From the sequence record SRR31156797_9179: a stretch of DNA of 20,000 bases; one strand, written 5' to 3'. A model generated the notes under the pieces. The model did no database searches. It saw only the letters and a list, made by a program, of their open reading frames with translations, and was not told the origin of the DNA. Below, one piece after another: positions 14,645 to 20,000 of the stretch (positions are counted from its first letter, which is position 1; every line of letters starts with the position of its first letter). The position numbers and the translations under genes are program-made.

Positions 14645-16990
14645 CTATTCATATTTTAAACTTTTAATTGGGTTTTGAGTTGCTGACCTCCAACTTTGGT
14701 AACTTACAGTGCAAATTGCAATTGCAAACACCATAAAAGCTACGGCAGCGAACACCCACCAAGGCATATCTATATGGAATGCATATTTGTTTAAATAAAA
14801 ATCCATAATATACCAGGAAATAGGCCAGGCTATAAGATTGGAAAGAACTACCCATTTTGTGAATTCTTTAGAAAAAAGTGCAATAAGGTTTGTAACCGTT
14901 GCACCCAAAACTTTTCGAACACCAACTTCTTTTGTTTTTTCCTCAGCCATAAACGAAGCCAATCCAAATAACCCTAGGCAGGATATAATGATTGTTAAAA
15001 TGGTAAAATATTTTAAAATTGCCAATGTACTGTCTTCTTCTCGGTACTGAGAAGCATATCTGTCCTCCAAAAAATTGATTTCCGTGGGAAAGCCAGGATT
15101 GTATTTTTTGCAAATTTTTTCGATATGCGCCAGAGCACGAGTATTGGTATTTTCCCCAATTTTAATAGATAGATATCTGTACCTTTCAAAAGGAATAATA
15201 GCCATAGGTTCGATTTTTCTGTGTAAACCTTTAAAATTGAAATCTTTTACAACCCCAATAATTCTTTTGTTGCTTCCCCAATGTACTATTGGTTTATCGA
15301 TAACCGAATTGTTATCAATTGTTTTTGCAAAGGTTTCGTTAATAATTAATGTTAGTGAGTCAGCGGCTAGATTTTCTTTATTAAAAAAACGTCCTTCAAC
15401 TAGCTCTGTTTTGTATACATCCAGAAAGTCAGAATCTGTCAATAACATATGAACAAGTACATCTTTGGTTGCTTCATCATTGTTCCACATGTACCCACCT
15501 CCATTGCTATTTAGAGCAATGGGTAAATCAGATCCAAAAGTTGTATGCAAAATACTAGGATCTCGAAGTAATTCCTCCTTAATACTATTTCGGCTCTCAT
15601 TCATTTTGCCATTTAATCCTACAAACACAATATTCGATTTATCAACACCTGTAGATGCTGTTTTCATGTATTTTGTCTGTAAGGTAATGGTAAGGGTACA
15701 AATAAGTAGTATTACCGTCAGCGTAAATTGCATTACAACTAATATTTTTCTAAATATTGCTGCTTTTTTACCGGAACTCACCGAACCCTTTAAAACTTGG
15801 ATTGTATTGTATGATGTAAGGTAGAAAGCAGGATAAGCACCTGCAAATAACCCAGTAAAAATTACAACAAAAAGCATGATACTAATGGATTGCCAATCGG
15901 TATAATACAACTCCAAACGTTGTCCAAGAATTGAGTTGAATTCCGGAATAAAAAGTCGAACCAAAATGATCGCGAAATTTATAGCAATAAAAGAGAGCAA
16001 TAATGATTCGAATAAAAATTGACGAACCAATTGAGCTTTGGAAGATCCAATAGCTTTTTTAAGCCCAATTTCTTTAGCTCTTTTTGCTGCTCTTGCAGTT
16101 GATAGATTCATGAAATTAAAGCATGCAATAAGCAAAATAATTAATGCTATTATTAAGAATATTCGGATACTTTTTAGGTTGGTTTCTTCTCCTTCAAGAT
16201 TGTATAAATGAGTATCACCAATTGGAAATAAAGAAAGCGTTTCAGTTGACTCTTCATCAACATTATCTACATAGAATGTTCTCAATTTTTCACTTACGAT
16301 AGCAGGATCTGCATTTACATCTAACTCTACAAATCCAGAATAAGTATGATTTCCCCAATGTTGCCAACCATTATAAGTTTTCTTTTTAAACTCATAGGGT
16401 ACGATAAAATCAAATTCAAAAGAGGAATTCGAAGGTAGATTTTTAAGTACTCCTCGAATGGTTAAGTTGTGGGTATTATCTAATTCGATAACGGATCCAA
16501 TAGGATCTTGATCTCCAAAATATTTTTCAGACATCTTTTCACTAATAACTATGGAGTACGGATCTTCGAAAACATCATTCGGAGAACCACTTATTAATGG
16601 AAAACTAAACATTTTGAAAAAGTCAGCATCTGCATGAAAAACCCTCTCATAGTTCTTAATACTGTTAATTACCAAAAGATTATTATCGCCCCAAGGGTTG
16701 TAGTTGGTTGCATGAACTACTTCTGGAACTTTATCTTTTATCAAATCAATTAATTTTCCAGGAATATTTGGCCAACCATATTCTTGTCCACTGTATGTTT
16801 GCCAGTTTACAATTTGAAATAATTGCTTTTCCTTCTTATGAAACTTATCGTAGCTTAATTCATGATTTACCCACAGTAAGAGTAGTATTGTACAAGCCAT
16901 ACCAATGGCAAGTCCTGATATATTTATAAAACTGTATCCTTTGTTTCGGATTAGGTTTCGGTAGGCAATTTTTAAGTTATTTAGAAACAT
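14645..16990 (-). CDS. ABC transporter permease, MacB/FtsX type (duplicated MacB_PCD-FtsX architecture)
   Basis: Motifs KIAYRNLIRNKGYSFINISGLAIG, IACFNFMNLSTARAAKRAKEIGLKK, FRKILVVMQF, ISCLGLFGLASF...TKEVGVRKVLGA and C-terminal NPIKSLKYE. Confidence 0.95.
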   Translation of the reverse strand: MFLNNLKIAYRNLIRNKGYSFINISGLAIGMACTILLLLWVNHELSYDKFHKKEKQLFQIVNWQTYSGQEYGWPNIPGKLIDLIKDKVPEVVHATNYNPWGDNNLLVINSIKNYERVFHADADFFKMFSFPLISGSPNDVFEDPYSIVISEKMSEKYFGDQDPIGSVIELDNTHNLTIRGVLKNLPSNSSFEFDFIVPYEFKKKTYNGWQHWGNHTYSGFVELDVNADPAIVSEKLRTFYVDNVDEESTETLSLFPIGDTHLYNLEGEETNLKSIRIFLIIALIILLIACFNFMNLSTARAAKRAKEIGLKKAIGSSKAQLVRQFLFESLLLSFIAINFAIILVRLFIPEFNSILGQRLELYYTDWQSISIMLFVVIFTGLFAGAYPAFYLTSYNTIQVLKGSVSSGKKAAIFRKILVVMQFTLTVILLICTLTITLQTKYMKTASTGVDKSNIVFVGLNGKMNESRNSIKEELLRDPSILHTTFGSDLPIALNSNGGGYMWNNDEATKDVLVHMLLTDSDFLDVYKTELVEGRFFNKENLAADSLTLIINETFAKTIDNNSVIDKPIVHWGSNKRIIGVVKDFNFKGLHRKIEPMAIIPFERYRYLSIKIGENTNTRALAHIEKICKKYNPGFPTEINFLEDRYASQYREEDSTLAILKYFTILTIIISCLGLFGLASFMAEEKTKEVGVRKVLGATVTNLIALFSKEFTKWVVLSNLIAWPISWYIMDFYLNKYAFHIDMPWWVFAAVAFMVFAIAICTVSYQSWRSATQNPIKSLKYE

Positions 16991-17018
16991 AGTTGGCTAA
17001 TATTTTTAAAGGATCAAT

Positions 17019-19367
17019 TTATTCATACTTTAGGCTAACCACTGGATTTTTAGTAGCTACTTTTAAACTTTGATATGCTACTGTAATTGTTGAAATTATA
17101 AGTAACAAGGTAAACACTGCAAGAAACAACCAGAAAGGAAAGTCAATTCTAAAAGGATAACTGTGGAACCATTCCTCCATAGCAAAATAGGTAATTGGCC
17201 AGGAAATTAAAGAAGCAACAAGAATCCATTTGCTAAAATCTTTGCTAAAAATCAGAATCAACTGACGCATTGAAGCACCTAGTACTTTGCGCACACCAAT
17301 TTCCTTTGTTCGTTCTTCGGCGTTAAACGATGCCAAGCCAAAAAGTCCTAGACAAGAAATAATAATAGCCAAAATTGAGGCATAAAGTAAGGTGCTAATA
17401 GTTGCTCTTTCGTTTTGGTACATTTTATCGTAATGATCATCCAGGAAATTGTAAATTAATGGGAAATCAGGATTGTATTTCGAGCATATTTTTTCAATTT
17501 CCTGAACTGCTTTCGATGCATTTCCATCAACGTATCGTACAAACAAGAAATCAGGATCGGAACATAGTCGAAGCATAAATGGTTGCAACTTTCTTGTATT
17601 TGGTGTACAATGATAATCTTTCACCACACCAATAATTCTTACATCTTTATTGTTTCCTGTATGAATCATTTTATCTATTACCGATTCATCAGATATCATT
17701 TCAGCAAATTTCTCATTAATGATCACACAACTTGAATCTGCGGCAGGATTATCGATATTAAAAGGTCTTCCTGAATGAAATTTAACTTTAAAAACATCGA
17801 AAAAATTTGCATCAACATTAGGGTAAGTAATCAGAGGTTTAAATTCGGGATCTTTACCTTCCCAATCTTCGCCCCAACCATTGCTAAAAACCCTGTAGGG
17901 TATGTGTGAACCATATGAAACATTATCAACAAGAGGGTTACTCATGAGCTCACTTTTTATAGATTCGATCTTGCTACGCATTTGCTGATTAATATTCACA
18001 GAAATTACGTTGTCTTTGTTTAAACCAACATCCATATTGGCGAGATACCTTGTTTGCAGTACAATGGTTAATGTACATATTAGTAATGATGAGGCTAATA
18101 CAAATTGTGTAACCACTAAAATTTTTCTAAATCTATTGCCTCCTTTTCCGCCTGAGAAAGTTCCTTTTAATACTGCAATAGGGTTGAAGGAAGATAAGTA
18201 AAATGCAGGATAGGCACCAGCAATAATTCCTGTGAATATGGTTACTCCCAAAATAATCAACCAGAATTCCAGAGATGAGTAATCTAAAATTAAATGTCTG
18301 CTCATTAAAGAATTGAATTGAGGCAAGAACAAGTGAGATAAAATAATAGCAAAATTTGCTGCAACTACGGTTATAAGTAATGATTCTCCAATAAACTGCT
18401 TGATTAATTGTGGATAGGTGGCTCCAATTGCTTTTTTTAAACCAATTTCTTTAGCTCTTTTTGCTGCTCTGGCAGTAGAAAGGTTCATGAAATTGAAACA
18501 GGCAATAATTAAAATGAAAATGGCAATCATAAAAAACATCTTTACCTGAGTTATTTTGGTTGGTCTGCCATCGATATAATACAAATGCCTCTTGATTAGC
18601 GGAAATAAAAAGACAGATTTCTCACTTTCCTTATCTACATGATCAATGTAGAACTGATCTAATTTTTTATTTAAAACATCGATATCAGTTCCCTTTGCAA
18701 TTTTCGTATAGCCAAAATAGTTATGAGAACCCCAATGATCTGAATAAGGGTTTTGTTTTTTCAACATTTCGAATGGAGTTAAAAAGTCGAATTGAATTGA
18801 AGAGTTACTTGGTATATCCTTTGTAACAGCTGTAATTATTAAAGGTTGCCTATTATCTACATTAACAATTTTACCAATTGGATTTTCATCTCCAAATATT
18901 CTTTTGGCTGCTTTTTCTGATAACACCAATGAATTGATATCATTCAAGCATGTTTCCATATTTCCATACAATAAAGGGAAATTAAAGATTTGGAAAAAGT
19001 TTGGGTCAGCGAATTTAATATTTTCATATTGTTTTTTGCCTTTGTATTCAACCAGCAGCCTTTCTCCCCAGGCATTGTAATGAGTTGCATATTCAATTTC
19101 GGGATACTTTTCTTTTAGAACATCAATTAGTGGTGTTGGTAAATTAGGCATTGCATTTTTCTTACCATTCCAAGATTGATAGTTACAGACTTGGTAAATT
19201 TTATCAGTATCCTTATGAAAATTGTCGTAGCTCAATTCATGATTTACCCATAGCAATAATAAAATGGTACAAGCCATTCCAATAGCAAGACCCGATATGT
19301 TAATAAAACTGTATCCTTTATTTCTGATAAGGTTACGGTAGGCAATTTTAAGGTTATTTAGAAACAT
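17019..19367 (-). CDS. ABC transporter permease, MacB/FtsX type (tandem paralogue)
   Basis: Same motifs as the neighbouring permease, 782 aa, ending NPVVSLKYE. Confidence 0.95.
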   Translation of the reverse strand: MFLNNLKIAYRNLIRNKGYSFINISGLAIGMACTILLLLWVNHELSYDNFHKDTDKIYQVCNYQSWNGKKNAMPNLPTPLIDVLKEKYPEIEYATHYNAWGERLLVEYKGKKQYENIKFADPNFFQIFNFPLLYGNMETCLNDINSLVLSEKAAKRIFGDENPIGKIVNVDNRQPLIITAVTKDIPSNSSIQFDFLTPFEMLKKQNPYSDHWGSHNYFGYTKIAKGTDIDVLNKKLDQFYIDHVDKESEKSVFLFPLIKRHLYYIDGRPTKITQVKMFFMIAIFILIIACFNFMNLSTARAAKRAKEIGLKKAIGATYPQLIKQFIGESLLITVVAANFAIILSHLFLPQFNSLMSRHLILDYSSLEFWLIILGVTIFTGIIAGAYPAFYLSSFNPIAVLKGTFSGGKGGNRFRKILVVTQFVLASSLLICTLTIVLQTRYLANMDVGLNKDNVISVNINQQMRSKIESIKSELMSNPLVDNVSYGSHIPYRVFSNGWGEDWEGKDPEFKPLITYPNVDANFFDVFKVKFHSGRPFNIDNPAADSSCVIINEKFAEMISDESVIDKMIHTGNNKDVRIIGVVKDYHCTPNTRKLQPFMLRLCSDPDFLFVRYVDGNASKAVQEIEKICSKYNPDFPLIYNFLDDHYDKMYQNERATISTLLYASILAIIISCLGLFGLASFNAEERTKEIGVRKVLGASMRQLILIFSKDFSKWILVASLISWPITYFAMEEWFHSYPFRIDFPFWLFLAVFTLLLIISTITVAYQSLKVATKNPVVSLKYE

Positions 19368-19378
19368 GCTGGTTGATA

Positions 19379-20000
19379 TTATAGTAATTCAGATTTTTCG
19401 CTTATTGTATGTACTTTCTTTTTGTGATTTTCACTCACAATGTGCCCGTCGAAAAGTTGAATGGTACGATTAGCACTTTCTGCATCGGAGCTTGAGTGTG
19501 TAACCATTACAATTGTAGTTCCTTCTTTATTTAATTCACTTAAAAGTTCCATAACTTCTCGACCATTAGCTGAGTCTAGATTTCCTGTAGGCTCATCGGC
19601 AAGAATTAAATTTGGATTTGAAACCACTGCTCGAGCGATTGCAACTCTTTGTTGCTGTCCGCCTGATAGTTGTTGCGGAAAATGTTTACTTCTATGCAGA
19701 ATTTGTACTCTTTCCAGAACTTTGTTTACTCGTCTTTTGCGTTCCGATGCTGGTATTTTCTGATAAACCAATGGCAACTCAACATTTTCGAAAACACTTA
19801 ATTCATCAATTAGGTTAAAACTCTGAAATACGAATCCAATATTCGATTTTCTCAATTGTGTTCTTTGTCTTTCAGAATAATTAGCTACTTCATCATTAAT
19901 AAATTGAAATTTACCATTGCTTGGATTGTCCAATAAACCAATAATATTTAGAAGAGTAGATTTTCCACATCCCGAAGGTCCCATAATGGCTACAAATTCT
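19379..20000 (-). CDS. ABC transporter ATP-binding protein, MacB/LolD/FtsE type (5' end beyond the right edge)
   Basis: Walker A GPSGCGKS, IGFVFQSFNL, signature LSGGQQQRVAIARA, Walker B ILADEPTGNLD and H-loop VTH. The frame stays open to the edge (EFVAIMGPSG), so the ATG at 19984 is internal. Confidence 0.96.
   Translation of the reverse strand, partial: EFVAIMGPSGCGKSTLLNIIGLLDNPSNGKFQFINDEVANYSERQRTQLRKSNIGFVFQSFNLIDELSVFENVELPLVYQKIPASERKRRVNKVLERVQILHRSKHFPQQLSGGQQQRVAIARAVVSNPNLILADEPTGNLDSANGREVMELLSELNKEGTTIVMVTHSSSDAESANRTIQLFDGHIVSENHKKKVHTISEKSELL

Noticed and set aside
14664-19818. Short ORFs overlapping the ABC permease and ATPase genes
   Set aside because: They are antisense or alternate-frame shadows of clear genes.

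Overview
AT-rich bacterial chromosome segment, probably Bacteroidota (Marinifilaceae-like is a guess), judged from the TAnnTTTG promoter motifs, lack of obvious Shine-Dalgarno sites and gene content. From left to right it holds: a large minus-strand TamB/AsmA-like gene missing from the ORF track because it runs off the left edge, divergent from tsaD; a small membrane protein; a CYTH/class IV adenylate cyclase-like gene; a tight minus-strand signalling operon (membrane HAMP-GAF hybrid kinase with three receiver-like domains, soluble REC-HK-REC kinase, CheR, stand-alone CheB); a divergent lipoprotein plus PepSY-TM pair; an exported TPR protein with a degenerate zinc-peptidase motif; and two tandem MacB/FtsX-type ABC permeases with their ATPase (cut by the right edge). 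Three clear intrinsic terminators are present. I saw no RNA genes, CRISPR arrays or mobile elements. The best candidate for an under-described system is the CheR/CheB pair linked to a histidine kinase with no MCP, CheA or CheW in the window. That kinase carries an exact 15-aa Glu/Gln-rich repeat with a 4-heptad period just upstream of its phospho-His, suggesting methylation-based adaptation acting directly on the kinase. All family assignments are from motif recognition, not database searches.
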